From positions 1 to 64,000 of the IMG/VR virus record IMGVR_UViG_3300029959_000014: a DNA stretch of 64,000 nt, one strand, 5' to 3'. Below are positions 9,315 through 20,127 of the stretch, in pieces. The stretch is from a virus. Below the pieces are notes generated by a model, which was not told the origin of the DNA, did not search any database, and saw only the letters and a program-made list of their open reading frames with translations. Position 1 is the stretch's first letter; each line of letters opens with the position of its first letter. A program made the position numbers and the translations under genes.

Positions 9315-9613
9315 AGTTTAAATTCATATTTGTGACCAGTCTCATCAGAAGTAATGTATTTAAAATATCTAATTAATTCAATCCAATCATTATTAGACAT
9401 TTTCTCACTCTTTTTAGAAAAAACTTCTAGCATTATAATTAACGTTTTATGTATATTATTAAAAGCCCAAGAATTTCCATCTATACATTTCCTATCACCA
9501 TAACGTTCAAGATCTTCAATATAACTTGAAATCATATTGTATTTTAACTTTGTACATGTAGATGGTTCAGTTAAATCTAATTTAGATAATTCAGAATAAA
9601 GATTAATTTTCAT
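9299..9613 (-). CDS. hypothetical protein
   Basis: It is a co-oriented ORF preceded by CATAACTAGT at its start. Confidence 0.4.
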   Translation of the reverse strand: MKINLYSELSKLDLTEPSTCTKLKYNMISSYIEDLERYGDRKCIDGNSWAFNNIHKTLIIMLEVFSKKSEKMSNNDWIELIRYFKYITSDETGHKYEFKLWGFT

Positions 9614-9818
9614 AACTAGTAATCACCACAATAATTTACTTAAACTCAATGTTAAATTCTTCACAATATTTTTTAGCACAAACCCACAGAGCATTAGGAT
9701 AAACCCAATGATAAATGCCATATTCATCAATGGTATATTCGTCTGTCATGTTTTCCTTACAATATTCAAGGAATTTCTGATCTTTGAGTAATTCTGATAA
9801 ATTTGTCATGGTTAAACT

Positions 9819-10523
9819 TCACTGGTAACTACACCTTATTGATTCGGGAGTTATTTCAACACCAGGGTTAAGGTTCTTCACACAAAGATCCCAACGTTGT
9901 TCATGAGTCATATCATCAAAGTCACTGTAGCCTTCGTCATCAATTGGAAGTCCACTTAAACTTACATTTGGGAATCCCTCACACACTGAATATGACATTA
10001 CAATGAGATCAACGTCATCTCGTTCACACAAACTAATAACGTCATCCCAACCCATGTCTTGTCGTAGGATTTTTTTTTCTAATGCTTGTTTAATGAGGTT
10101 ACTGAACCATGTAAAGTTTTCTTTCTTGATGTGTGCGTAGATTTCCATTTGAGCAGACATTTGGCCTATTAAGCACATAACATCACTACCATACAGGGAA
10201 TTCATTGTAAGGAACCAAGGCCACGATAACAACCATTCACCCTCATATTTGATTTTATGGTTATCCATTCCAGTATGTAATGCAGTAATTATGTGTTTTA
10301 TGTCATCTGGTTTTAAATGAGATTTTGACAATACATCTTGTAAGTAATTAATTTCAATCCAATTACTGAATGGTTCATCATCTAAATTGTAGGATGATAA
10401 TTTATTATACAATATTCCAGTTCCAATTTGTTTGTCAAGGAAATGTAATAGGTGTGCTTCTCTTCCAGAAACTTCTACATCCCCAATATCAACATTCCTT
10501 GTATTAAAATAAATTCTAGACAT
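9819..10523 (-). CDS. hypothetical protein (234 aa)
   Basis: It is a long ORF in the array with no recognised motif. Confidence 0.45.
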   Translation of the reverse strand: MSRIYFNTRNVDIGDVEVSGREAHLLHFLDKQIGTGILYNKLSSYNLDDEPFSNWIEINYLQDVLSKSHLKPDDIKHIITALHTGMDNHKIKYEGEWLLSWPWFLTMNSLYGSDVMCLIGQMSAQMEIYAHIKKENFTWFSNLIKQALEKKILRQDMGWDDVISLCERDDVDLIVMSYSVCEGFPNVSLSGLPIDDEGYSDFDDMTHEQRWDLCVKNLNPGVEITPESIRCSYQ

Positions 10524-10529
10524 TAAATT

Positions 10530-10766
10530 TTACTCATCTGTATATGAATCCCACATATTTTCAACCATTTTACCAATTTCTTGTAATTCCAATCCTTGAG
10601 AATAATCTAGTTTGTTATAATTTTCTTTTAATATATCAAAAATTTCATCAATATCATTGACTCTATTTTTCAATTCTATCCAACCCTCACAGTTTTTAAG
10701 ATTTCCAGCAACACATTCAAATTCACAATCTTCAATGTTTTTAATTAATTCATTAATGGTTGACAT
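10530..10766 (-). CDS. small acidic protein
   Basis: It is a co-oriented ORF. Confidence 0.35.
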   Translation of the reverse strand: MSTINELIKNIEDCEFECVAGNLKNCEGWIELKNRVNDIDEIFDILKENYNKLDYSQGLELQEIGKMVENMWDSYTDE

Positions 10767-10768
10767 AA

Positions 10769-11494
10769 TTAATCACTCTCAATTCTAGGAGCCAGCATAT
10801 AGTAGCCAATTTCACAGCCACCAACTTGTATACTGATTTTACATGGCATGTCATTACCAGATGAAAATTCCACATCGCCCTTTAGATGTTTGAATAGACG
10901 TTTCATATAATCCATGTTATAGAGGCTACTGTTGTTGTCTACAGTTATCATGCCATTATCAATCTCGAAGGTGAGTTTATCATGATCGTTGCTAACGTAG
11001 AAGTGTGAATGGTTGTTTTGAATGTGAACACGAATTTTATCATAGTATGGTGAAGTTTTAGTCAGGAACTTACGCATGTCACTGGCCTTAATAATGGTTT
11101 TAGAAGTCCATATCATGGTTGGTTCGTTAGGTTCCTTTTTAACAACAGCATCAGCATCGTGCTTAAACACGCTACTATATTTACCACTTTCAAATTTCAA
11201 CATTGTTAATGTTTTATTTTCATCAGCAATCTGACTAATAGTTACAAATCCATAGGTGAGGTTGGCAGATGTTCGTAGGTTTTCAAGTTTAATAACAATG
11301 TCCTGTTCAGTGAGATCATAACACTCAAATACACTAGTTGGAATGGTCAGATTCACTAATGCGACATTTGCGAGATCAACAAACTTAACAATGATACCAT
11401 CAGTTTTAAAGTGCAGGGTAACTTCATCTTCACGAATAGCACACATCTGATTAATTATGTCTCTAAAGTGTAGATACTTGATAACAGTAGACAT
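10769..11494 (-). CDS. pcna: PCNA-type DNA polymerase sliding clamp
   Basis: The C-terminus GCEIGYYMLAPRIESD matches the PCNA signature (L.YYLAPKIEDE). The N-terminal DGIIVKFVDLANVALVNLTIPTSVFECYDL aligns to the first PCNA domain. Confidence 0.8.
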   Translation of the reverse strand: MSTVIKYLHFRDIINQMCAIREDEVTLHFKTDGIIVKFVDLANVALVNLTIPTSVFECYDLTEQDIVIKLENLRTSANLTYGFVTISQIADENKTLTMLKFESGKYSSVFKHDADAVVKKEPNEPTMIWTSKTIIKASDMRKFLTKTSPYYDKIRVHIQNNHSHFYVSNDHDKLTFEIDNGMITVDNNSSLYNMDYMKRLFKHLKGDVEFSSGNDMPCKISIQVGGCEIGYYMLAPRIESD

Positions 11495-11513
11495 AACTAA
11501 TAATTATATGTGA

Positions 11514-11523
11514 TATTATAAAA
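11514..11523 (-). promoter_or_regulatory. TTTTATAATA box 19 nt upstream of the PCNA gene ATG
   Basis: It has the same motif and geometry as the other copies. Confidence 0.55.
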
Positions 11524-11566
11524 AGGTGTGGAAATATCAATTACAAAACTTAACGCCGATCAACTC

Positions 11567-11938
11567 CTACTGGTATTTTAGAAAAGATCTTCGATACCAA
11601 GCATAATACTTATTATATAATTCTTCAATTTTGTATTTGGCATCTTTGTCTATGAAGTAGCGATATCCACCATATCCTGATTTTGTTTCTCCATATTCAC
11701 CATAGATTACTATCCAATCACTCAAAGTGTCAAGTGAATGATTTACATCATTTTTAGATATTAAGCCTTCAAAAACTTCACAGAGTCGTGTAAACCATAC
11801 AGGTTGACCATTCGTGTTATTGTGGTAGATTTCACAGGCAATAATTAGATCAATACTTAACTTGCGTTTGAGGCTGTCAAAATGCATTTGTTTTAAATCT
11901 TCATAAGATGGTTCACAATCACAAAAGTCAGGCATCAA
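11567..11938 (-). CDS. hypothetical protein
   Basis: It is a co-oriented ORF with a TTTTATAATA box upstream. Confidence 0.45.
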   Translation of the reverse strand: MMPDFCDCEPSYEDLKQMHFDSLKRKLSIDLIIACEIYHNNTNGQPVWFTRLCEVFEGLISKNDVNHSLDTLSDWIVIYGEYGETKSGYGGYRYFIDKDAKYKIEELYNKYYAWYRRSFLKYQ

Positions 11939-12156
11939 GTAATGTTGGTGTTAGTATTATAAAAACTAGTTGATCGGTGTATGGATTACTAATTTAGCCC
12001 TCAATCTTTTCCCAACCAATGTCGATGTGATTCCACATCCAATCATTGAGCATCTCACTTATTTCATCATCGGAAGTGTCGTCATCAACTTCCAGAGTTG
12101 TTGTTTGTTTACACTTCACTAAATTCATTCCCACGTAAAATTCAACCTTCATAACA

Positions 12157-12351
12157 TTATCGCTCCTTTGTATTTATCATTCCAAACCATACTATAACTG
12201 GAAATACTACTCCTGTTAAAATTCCAAACACTAATAAAGTTCGTTCATTGACATTGTATAAACCAGATATAGCCATTCCAATACATGCTCCATAGAACAA
12301 TAACAGACCAATCATCACACTAAATTTTTCAAATACATCCATAACATTCAC
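12157..12351 (-). CDS. small two-TM membrane protein
   Basis: It is strongly hydrophobic. Confidence 0.35.
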   Translation of the reverse strand: MNVMDVFEKFSVMIGLLLFYGACIGMAISGLYNVNERTLLVFGILTGVVFPVIVWFGMINTKER

Positions 12352-12566
12352 CGCAATGCTTTATAATTCCATTGCACGAGATTTCCACAAACTTCACATC
12401 GAGGCGAAACACCAGTAATTAGATGATCAGTGTCCATGATATTTACATTGCGTTGACAAATTGGACAGTAATATACCGGTATAACGTGTTCAGGATTCGA
12501 TGACAACTTTCTAAAGAGATCTTCACGATCTTTAAAATATTGTTCATATCGTTTTGTGTTAAACAT
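12348..12566 (-). CDS. small zinc-ribbon protein (CPICQ...CEVCG)
   Basis: It has two CxxC pairs. Confidence 0.4.
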   Translation of the reverse strand: MFNTKRYEQYFKDREDLFRKLSSNPEHVIPVYYCPICQRNVNIMDTDHLITGVSPRCEVCGNLVQWNYKALR

Positions 12567-12575
12567 AATTATACT

Positions 12576-12806
12576 TTATACCCAATCAATTCTAAATTCA
12601 TCATATATTCCAGATTCTTTCTCCAATGCTTCAATAATCATTTCATGACATCTAATTAATTCATCTTTTATATATGGTCCATATTCTCCAATAGATGGAA
12701 CAGTCGACTTATATATGATACCAATTGGTTCATTTTTATACTGGAATGAAAAATTTAATTGATATTCATATGGAGATAATCTTTCTAAATTAACATCGTT
12801 AGACAT
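12576..12806 (-). CDS. hypothetical small protein
   Basis: It is a co-oriented ORF. Confidence 0.35.
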   Translation of the reverse strand: MSNDVNLERLSPYEYQLNFSFQYKNEPIGIIYKSTVPSIGEYGPYIKDELIRCHEMIIEALEKESGIYDEFRIDWV

Positions 12807-12814
12807 AATACACC

Positions 12815-13021
12815 TTACTTGTATGATGGAATTTTACTCATGATCCATGCAATTAATTTTTCCTTGAGATCGCTATTTCGAGTGCGATGAAGGTAGACGT
12901 TATAAACGGTTGCTATACAAAGTCCAAGTATACATATGATGCCGATGATCATTGTGAGATAAGGTTCCATACTAGTATTTTGGCGTTGAGGTTTAAAATA
13001 GTTACGTTTTATTAAATCCAA
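12815..13021 (-). CDS. small TM protein
   Basis: It has a central hydrophobic helix. Confidence 0.35.
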   Translation of the reverse strand: MDLIKRNYFKPQRQNTSMEPYLTMIIGIICILGLCIATVYNVYLHRTRNSDLKEKLIAWIMSKIPSYK

Positions 13022-13653
13022 TCTATAGTATCATTAATAGATGATTTATATTCTTGTGTTATATTATCAATAATTTGAGTTTTTTCTATATCTTCATTTA
13101 ATTTTTTAATTCGAATGTTATGTTCACTTTCTATTATTTCCTTTTCTAATCTATAGTTATAATCATCAAATAACGAATTCAATCTCTCAATGGTGATTTG
13201 TTTAATTATGTCATCATAAAACCAAGTATATTTACTACATACATGAAGCAATGAATCATTTCTTGATGAATATGTAATTGGTTGTATAAATTGCAACACT
13301 AACAACTTTTTTCCATCTATTAATTCACAATTAGGAGTAAATCTATTATATTTTTGGTTAATTGTTGGGCTTTCTCCATCTATTAAATATACATTTACAA
13401 AAGTATCACAATAATATTCTTTGCTTATAAATAATTCTATATACAATTTATTTTTATAAATTATTTGTATTTTACCATCAAAATATTTTTCATAATACCC
13501 ACTATACATTATTGAGATAATGAAAGAAATGAAGTTGATAGGAAGAATATCATTAGCATCTAAATTTGGAATTTGTTCATTTCTCTCAATACTTAATGTA
13601 AATAAATCAACATGTTCCATTTCCTCGTGACTATATATGTGCTCAAATGACAT
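13012..13653 (-). CDS. hypothetical protein (213 aa)
   Basis: It is a co-oriented ORF of low complexity. Confidence 0.4.
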   Translation of the reverse strand: MSFEHIYSHEEMEHVDLFTLSIERNEQIPNLDANDILPINFISFIISIMYSGYYEKYFDGKIQIIYKNKLYIELFISKEYYCDTFVNVYLIDGESPTINQKYNRFTPNCELIDGKKLLVLQFIQPITYSSRNDSLLHVCSKYTWFYDDIIKQITIERLNSLFDDYNYRLEKEIIESEHNIRIKKLNEDIEKTQIIDNITQEYKSSINDTIDWI

Positions 13654-13704
13654 AATATAGGTATTGATGTTTGGATTTAAAATAGTTGCGGGGTTTTATA
13701 AAAA

Positions 13705-15081
13705 TTAGATGAGTATTCCTACTCGTTTTCTAATGTCTGATATGTTTTCATCAATTAGAAGTTTTCCGTTGCTGTAGACGAGTGGTAGGTTGTCGAATCG
13801 ACCTGCCTTTGATTCTTTACCTGGAGTAGTTTTATTGACATTGTGCCATACTCCATTACGCTTTACCGCGCTGCACTTCATAGCAAATCGATTGGTGTCC
13901 CTGTTGTGATTTTGAAGAAGATTTCCACCACAACCAAATATAATGTTACTTGGAGCAAACTTATGCTTGATTACAGTTTCATTGTAGATTTTCTCTACCA
14001 TTGCAATATCGACACCATCGCCAATAATTATACTGATATGAGGATCTAGAACTTTATAGCCATGATCGTTTATGGTTCCTCCATAACAATCCCAAAGTGC
14101 TTGGAGAATTACTGGGGCATTTATTTCATGGCTTCCAGAATCAGGACGACACACAATACGACCTTTGCGATTCATTATCAATGACTTTAGTTCTTTACAG
14201 AAGTATTCATTGATTGCATGTTTCCAATCATAACTATCAATGACCAGTGAAATTATACAATCATCACCATATAGTTTATCGGTGGTTTCAATGATGTGTC
14301 GATAAGCCTCTAGTTCGTGATCTTTACCCCATGAAGTGATCGTGCTGTGTTCTGCTGCAACCACAGATACTCCGATTGGGAAAGTGTTGTCTGGGTGATA
14401 ATACCAACGAATTTTGTCTATTGCTGGGTTGTTGTCAGTTCCAATGAAATTTAGAAGATGTCCGATTCCACACATTTCAGCGCTCATCAATGAACTTGCA
14501 CCACGAAGGCCAAAGTCATTGAGGTGAACTGGGCTTACATCTTCGCCCGCTAGATCACAATACCTCTTAATGGTTTTATAAAATGCATGACTGATAGTTG
14601 CAGTATTGGTCATCGCATAGCAATGCATGAGCAAACTCTCAACGTAATTAGTAAGCCATGGAACTTTCGGATCAGTGTTTTCCAGTGCTAATACAGGAGT
14701 TCCTGGTTTTACAATGGTTCCTTCTGGGAGCGCATAAATGTTTATCGGTAAGTTTCCACCATGGGCCTTTTTAATGTGTTCCCAACCTTCATAATTGAAG
14801 AATGGTTTTCCGAATATCCCATTGCTAATTATACTGGATTCTTCAATAAAATCACGATCTATATAACTATCAATGAACCCATATTCTTTGAGGACAAATT
14901 GAAGTCCACACCATACAATTTCATTGAATTGTGCTCCATTACGTGGTTCCATGTAACTATACATTACTTCAAGATCCGGTGGATACTGAAAGTGGTGAGT
15001 TTGCTTGTAAGCATCCGTCAAATTGGGAAATGATCTTTCTGGCATAGTTCTCATCAACTTATAATTGTTATAACTGCTCAT
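13705..15081 (-). CDS. NAMPT: nicotinamide phosphoribosyltransferase (NAMPT)
   Basis: There is collinear similarity to NAMPT across the whole protein: DAYKQTHHFQYPP, ALPEGTIV.PGTPVLALENTDP...WLTNY, DFGLRG, AAEHSTITSWGKDHE, RPDSG, IIIGDGVD and IFGCGGNLLQ. Confidence 0.93.
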   Translation of the reverse strand: MSSYNNYKLMRTMPERSFPNLTDAYKQTHHFQYPPDLEVMYSYMEPRNGAQFNEIVWCGLQFVLKEYGFIDSYIDRDFIEESSIISNGIFGKPFFNYEGWEHIKKAHGGNLPINIYALPEGTIVKPGTPVLALENTDPKVPWLTNYVESLLMHCYAMTNTATISHAFYKTIKRYCDLAGEDVSPVHLNDFGLRGASSLMSAEMCGIGHLLNFIGTDNNPAIDKIRWYYHPDNTFPIGVSVVAAEHSTITSWGKDHELEAYRHIIETTDKLYGDDCIISLVIDSYDWKHAINEYFCKELKSLIMNRKGRIVCRPDSGSHEINAPVILQALWDCYGGTINDHGYKVLDPHISIIIGDGVDIAMVEKIYNETVIKHKFAPSNIIFGCGGNLLQNHNRDTNRFAMKCSAVKRNGVWHNVNKTTPGKESKAGRFDNLPLVYSNGKLLIDENISDIRKRVGILI

Positions 15082-15599
15082 TACACATCATTGTTATGTG
15101 ATCGAATAATTTGTTCAACTTCATTTCTAGTGTGTTCTGTAAAGTGCATTTTATGATAATTGGAATTATAATATGATAAAACTTCCTCCCAACCGCCTGT
15201 TGGATTGGTTCCTTGTGCTCTACCAGCACCACGCCAATCAGCAAGCATCTCACGAACATACTTGTATGGCATATCAAGGCACCTAAATGTTCCATTATCC
15301 AAAGCCATTATCCAGTATTGCCAGTGGTGTTTATTGGTTCGTTGATGATAATGCCACGCCAAATCAAATAGATTGTCACCGGTTTGAGATGCATCGTAAT
15401 ATCCAGTTTTATCACGAACAAACTTACCCTTACCTTCCTTTAAGTAGAAATAATTTGCATATGCATAGAAATTTGATGGTCTAAATTTGTTGATGTCATG
15501 AAGTATGCCCTGAATGTATAGTCCATCCTCAAAGCAATATTTCATCACCCAAAACTTGTGAGTAATCACATACTTAAAATATTTATAATATTGTTTCAT
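15081..15599 (-). CDS. hypothetical protein, possible small HD-type hydrolase
   Basis: It shows an H...HD spacing (ITHKF...ILHDINKF). Its stop abuts the NAMPT start, making it a likely co-transcribed partner. Confidence 0.3.
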   Translation of the reverse strand: MKQYYKYFKYVITHKFWVMKYCFEDGLYIQGILHDINKFRPSNFYAYANYFYLKEGKGKFVRDKTGYYDASQTGDNLFDLAWHYHQRTNKHHWQYWIMALDNGTFRCLDMPYKYVREMLADWRGAGRAQGTNPTGGWEEVLSYYNSNYHKMHFTEHTRNEVEQIIRSHNNDV

Positions 15600-15603
15600 G
15601 ATA

Positions 15604-17124
15604 TCAACCTAGTAATGCACTGCCAATTATATTGCAGAACTTTTTGGCCTTGTAACCTAGCATCAAAGTTAAATGGTTGCTGGATCTGGTGGCTGCCACG
15701 TAATATATGCGATGTTCTTCAGCGATGTCGCCATCAGCATTGAATCCTGGATCATAGATGACAACGCATGGTGATTCTAAACCTTTACTAGCGTGGATAG
15801 TATCGACTATAATACTATTAGGATCTATGCGTCGTTCGCTTTTAATGGCCTTGAAGATGATTTTGTGGAGGAATTCATCACTATAACTAAATCGCATACC
15901 GTATAGATCCGTGATGGCCTTGTTGGGATTCATGTATGCAGCCTTCATAAATTGTAGCATGTCGAACTTGACCTTTCGATTGTTTTTCATAATGTAGGCA
16001 ATTGTCCACGTGTTATATCGATTGGTGAGCGAAGTATGTGGTATGCCAGCATAGTTAAGTGCCATATGAATTTGGTTCGCGCCCGCCTTGATCCTGGATA
16101 ATATCATGACTTTGCCATAACGACGATGAAGTTTGAGGATTACTTCGGCGACTTCAGCAGCGTCCTTTGGAGTTTCAATTGCTATACTACCACCATCTTC
16201 TCGTGGAGATCCATGTGATGGTTTACCAAGCATTAAATCGCCCATAGTGTGAATTCGTGAAGGATTTCTCCAAGACTTAACTCTACGTTCTGATGTGGCT
16301 CCAACATCATCATCAACGCGAGTATCAATCATTAATTTTGGATCTGCACCACGAAACTTGTAGATGCTCTGATTATCATCAAGGGCCAATATTACCGTTT
16401 CAAATATGTTGGCATCTCTCCACATCTCATATAACCTGTATTGTGCATATGAAACATCCTGACCTTCATCGAGAACTAGAAACTTACGAGATCTTGGCAA
16501 CAATCGTTTGTTATAAACTTCATTTATATAGTCATCGTGTTCATAACACCCCTTAATCAACTTGTAGGCTTTCCAAGCAGTAAACAAATCATCAGTGAAT
16601 TTTTTACATTGACTATCAATGAATTTCATCTGTTTAACTACATCAGGCCACAACGAAACGTCCAATGCACAAGTTTCGAGATAACTATTTACTTTGAAAA
16701 ATACGTTGCCAGATTTGAGTGATGAGTTGTAATTTGGATCAGTGATACCCTCATCGACTTGATATTTGAATTCATATTCAAGGCCATTGCTGTTGCAAAA
16801 TCCCTCATAATACTCTTGATTGGTTTTTGACTCGGTGATTACTTTTATACCTGAATTTGGATTTGATGACATGAAAACTTGAAGTGCAGCACTATGAATA
16901 GTTTTAACATTGTTCTTAATATCATCATCACTGGCCATTGGGAAAATATCGCTAATTCTACCCTTAACATCACTTATCTGACTTTTAGTAAATGATATAA
17001 ACAAAATGTCATCAATACTAATGTTTTCAGAATCCTTTGATTCTTTGATTATCTTTAGTAAATTGGACGTTTTTCCACTGCCTGCACAGCCAACGTAACG
17101 AATAACGCGAGTCATTATGTACAT
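15604..17124 (-). CDS. UvrD/PcrA-like SF1 DNA helicase
   Basis: Walker A GCAGSGKT, motif III LDDNQSIYKFRGA and motif VI TIHASKGLE are present. Confidence 0.8.
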   Translation of the reverse strand: MYIMTRVIRYVGCAGSGKTSNLLKIIKESKDSENISIDDILFISFTKSQISDVKGRISDIFPMASDDDIKNNVKTIHSAALQVFMSSNPNSGIKVITESKTNQEYYEGFCNSNGLEYEFKYQVDEGITDPNYNSSLKSGNVFFKVNSYLETCALDVSLWPDVVKQMKFIDSQCKKFTDDLFTAWKAYKLIKGCYEHDDYINEVYNKRLLPRSRKFLVLDEGQDVSYAQYRLYEMWRDANIFETVILALDDNQSIYKFRGADPKLMIDTRVDDDVGATSERRVKSWRNPSRIHTMGDLMLGKPSHGSPREDGGSIAIETPKDAAEVAEVILKLHRRYGKVMILSRIKAGANQIHMALNYAGIPHTSLTNRYNTWTIAYIMKNNRKVKFDMLQFMKAAYMNPNKAITDLYGMRFSYSDEFLHKIIFKAIKSERRIDPNSIIVDTIHASKGLESPCVVIYDPGFNADGDIAEEHRIYYVAATRSSNHLTLMLGYKAKKFCNIIGSALLG

Positions 17125-17405
17125 ATAAGATGTACAAAGGTAAAATAGTTTGGATTTAATAAAACTTGATTATTTAAATCTTGTTATATGTTGGTTTCCA
17201 ACATTTACATCTCCCAGTTATTTGTGGTGTAAAGAAATGCAATTTACATTCATGTTGTCTATAATGCTCACAAGTTACACAACAACCAAGTGAATTATCA
17301 ATATAATTTTCAACGTAGCCAAAAATTAATGCTCGCAGGAACATAATATACATTTATAATAGTATATTATTTAAAATGTTGTTAAAATAGAATGGTAGAT
17401 TGATT

Positions 17406-17777
17406 TTATAGTCCATCAATCATTTGTTTGAGTTCATCGATAGATTTACCCTTGAGATCATCATTCTGTTTTTCCTTGAGAATTGATAGTAGATATTGTT
17501 TCTGTTCAGATCGTTCTTTTGATTTTACACGTGCTTCTTTTTCAGCAAGTTTCGTGTTGAATATATACATTACAATATCAATTTTACTCTGAACTTCTTT
17601 ATCAACCTCATTGATAGTGATAAGTAGGCTATCTTCTGTTACTTCTTTAAGTTCAAATTTAAGTGATTTGTATACATTGTCTAGTTGTTCAATTGAAAGA
17701 TCCCAGAGATCTTCTACACCAATCATCCCAACAGTTGATGGAAATCTATACTTGTTTCTAATTGCTGTTTCAAACAT
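17406..17777 (-). CDS. hypothetical coiled-coil protein
   Basis: It is K/E-rich and co-oriented. Confidence 0.4.
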   Translation of the reverse strand: MFETAIRNKYRFPSTVGMIGVEDLWDLSIEQLDNVYKSLKFELKEVTEDSLLITINEVDKEVQSKIDIVMYIFNTKLAEKEARVKSKERSEQKQYLLSILKEKQNDDLKGKSIDELKQMIDGL

Positions 17778-17809
17778 TTTTAATCACCTATATAATATAA
17801 TTTTAAAGT

Positions 17810-19849
17810 TTAAAAAGTTATTTTCATAACTCTTTCTGTTGCACCCTTAACCTTCACAGTTACAGAAGATCGCTTGGTAGTAGAAAATCCTAGACCACTT
17901 AACTGATCTGTTGTTGATTTTACTGCTGACTTGCTAGACAAGGCTTCAAATACTCGTTTATGTTCATATAATTCTTGCTTTAGATACTCGTTGTAAAACC
18001 CTGATGGACTTTCAATGTTTATACAGTCCTTAAGCATGAAGAATACATGTCTATGACCAATTCCATCCTGTTCATCCCAGTAATTTGGTGAATACATTAT
18101 AACACTTACTGGAATAAACTGATTAGTTTTTATGTTCCACACATCTCGCGATGACATTTGAGATGATAACTTCTCCTGTATACTAAATCCATTACTATCT
18201 AATGTTACTTCTGCAACTACTACATTTTCTCCCGGTCGAAGTTCTTTATTATAAATAAATTCAAAGATCTGTCCATCAAATTCAATTTCTGCTTTGAAAC
18301 CTTCTTTACCACCTCGATTATTATACTGATGAACAAAGAACTTGTATACACCGTGAGACATACTTCGTAGATCAGTGTAAATGATGTTCTCTACTGCTGG
18401 AACACCTTCACGTGGTTGAGTAATATCCACATCGAGTATCCCACTACTTTTGTGTTTATATCCTTTATTGCTAAAGTAAATATGATTATTGCTTGGTTCT
18501 ATGCAATGAGCATCAAGATCATTGGGATCATGTTTACTGTTGTCATTCCACTGAATTGAAAATCGCAGGACTCCATCTACATTTCCACCAGCCATTTTTA
18601 CATTGGCTTTCATAGTAGAATCAGTGATGTTACCTGTGTATGCCCATGAGAATGCATTGTTCCACTTAAACATTGATTTACTATCAGCCTTTGCTGGTGC
18701 AATCAATGATACCATATTAGATGATAGTTTATTCTCAAATAACACTTCAATTTCGCGCACAGATGGCAACATATCACTTATGAATTTAGATACTGGGATT
18801 TCTTCTACTTTTGAGAACTTTTTAGGATCTACAGCAATATCTGATTTCAGACTTTCAAATATATCAGAACTTCCAGTAATACGCTTTGCTGCATCACGAT
18901 TACTAAACAGTATATTGTTGACTGTTATGTCATCAAGCGTTGCATATCTTCTACCAAGTGATGGTAGATATCCAAGTTCCTCTACTGTTTTTTGAGCATC
19001 TTCAAGCATTTTCTTTGTAAAGATTGCTTTAGGGCGCTTGTAATTTGTAGGGGCAACCACCTTCTCGTATCGTTTTACTGCTTCATCGAGTTCCATACCG
19101 GAGGTTATGTCAATTAGAAGTGTCCCTATACTGTGATTACGGATTTTACCAATTACCGGACCTGCTTCAACTGAATATTCCCAAGCAAACACATCATGAT
19201 CTGTTGCTGAACTATACAACAATTTATAGTGTTTAAACTTCTCAAGAACTGATTTCCATTCTTCACCTTTATACAATGTATTGGAATTTATAAGTTCAAG
19301 AACTGTGTCAATACTTTCACTGGACAGTTCATCAAGTGATCGCTTAAATACATCTTTAACTGCCTGATAATTACCTTTAACTGTGTCTAGAGTTTCACGA
19401 CCACTATAAACAAATCTAGATGGAAGATCAACATACAGGTGTTGCCATTCTTTTGCAATACCATCAATAAGTTCAAGATTTTTATCAACCACAACCTTAC
19501 TTTCTTTTGTTACAAATACACCGGAGATTGATTTACTCTTAATATATTTGTGTAGCGCATTAATTACTGTCTGGAATGTTAGATCATTTACTTGGAAATC
19601 CCAAATAGTAGATACCTTACCATCTTTAAGAATGACTACATTTCCAAGATTCTTAATGAATCTTCTACAACATGAACAATCATATTCTCGTCGCTTACGA
19701 TAGATTTCATTAGTTCCCACAGGAAATGCATCAAGATATACATTCCACATTTCATCGAGATCTACATCTACTGTGAACAGATGATTGATGTTAGATGTTT
19801 TGACTTCAAAATTTTTCTGAAGTGCTTTTTTAAATTCTACAAATTCCAT
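17810..19849 (-). CDS. large hypothetical protein (679 aa)
   Basis: It is the longest orphan. It has a CSCCRRF cluster and a DVDLD acidic motif, with no confident family match. Confidence 0.5.
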   Translation of the reverse strand: MEFVEFKKALQKNFEVKTSNINHLFTVDVDLDEMWNVYLDAFPVGTNEIYRKRREYDCSCCRRFIKNLGNVVILKDGKVSTIWDFQVNDLTFQTVINALHKYIKSKSISGVFVTKESKVVVDKNLELIDGIAKEWQHLYVDLPSRFVYSGRETLDTVKGNYQAVKDVFKRSLDELSSESIDTVLELINSNTLYKGEEWKSVLEKFKHYKLLYSSATDHDVFAWEYSVEAGPVIGKIRNHSIGTLLIDITSGMELDEAVKRYEKVVAPTNYKRPKAIFTKKMLEDAQKTVEELGYLPSLGRRYATLDDITVNNILFSNRDAAKRITGSSDIFESLKSDIAVDPKKFSKVEEIPVSKFISDMLPSVREIEVLFENKLSSNMVSLIAPAKADSKSMFKWNNAFSWAYTGNITDSTMKANVKMAGGNVDGVLRFSIQWNDNSKHDPNDLDAHCIEPSNNHIYFSNKGYKHKSSGILDVDITQPREGVPAVENIIYTDLRSMSHGVYKFFVHQYNNRGGKEGFKAEIEFDGQIFEFIYNKELRPGENVVVAEVTLDSNGFSIQEKLSSQMSSRDVWNIKTNQFIPVSVIMYSPNYWDEQDGIGHRHVFFMLKDCINIESPSGFYNEYLKQELYEHKRVFEALSSKSAVKSTTDQLSGLGFSTTKRSSVTVKVKGATERVMKITF

Positions 19850-20127
19850 GATACTATACCTAATGTTTAATTTTCATAAAACAATGCTAGTTTTCCTGTT
19901 TGTGTATATTAGATATAAGATGTAATTTTATTTATAAATTACTAATTCATGAAAAGAATGTATTTAAATGTTACTAATGTTGTAAGTTTTGTTCAACCTC
20001 ATAAGCAACTAGTTCTTAATCTTCCTTACTTTTATATGGTCAAGCACCTTACAATCATAACTGGATTGTGTATCATCAATGTAGTTGATACGATGACCCA
20101 ATAATGAATGGTTGTGTTCAAACATTA

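Noticed and set aside
17810-19849. I considered an archaeo-eukaryotic primase (AEP) assignment for the 679-aa orphan, based on a DVDLD motif and a GIGHRHVFF segment.
   Set aside because: The two motifs are about 560 residues apart and in the wrong relative context for AEP motifs I and II. A KDG tripeptide is also insufficient for a ligase or capping call.
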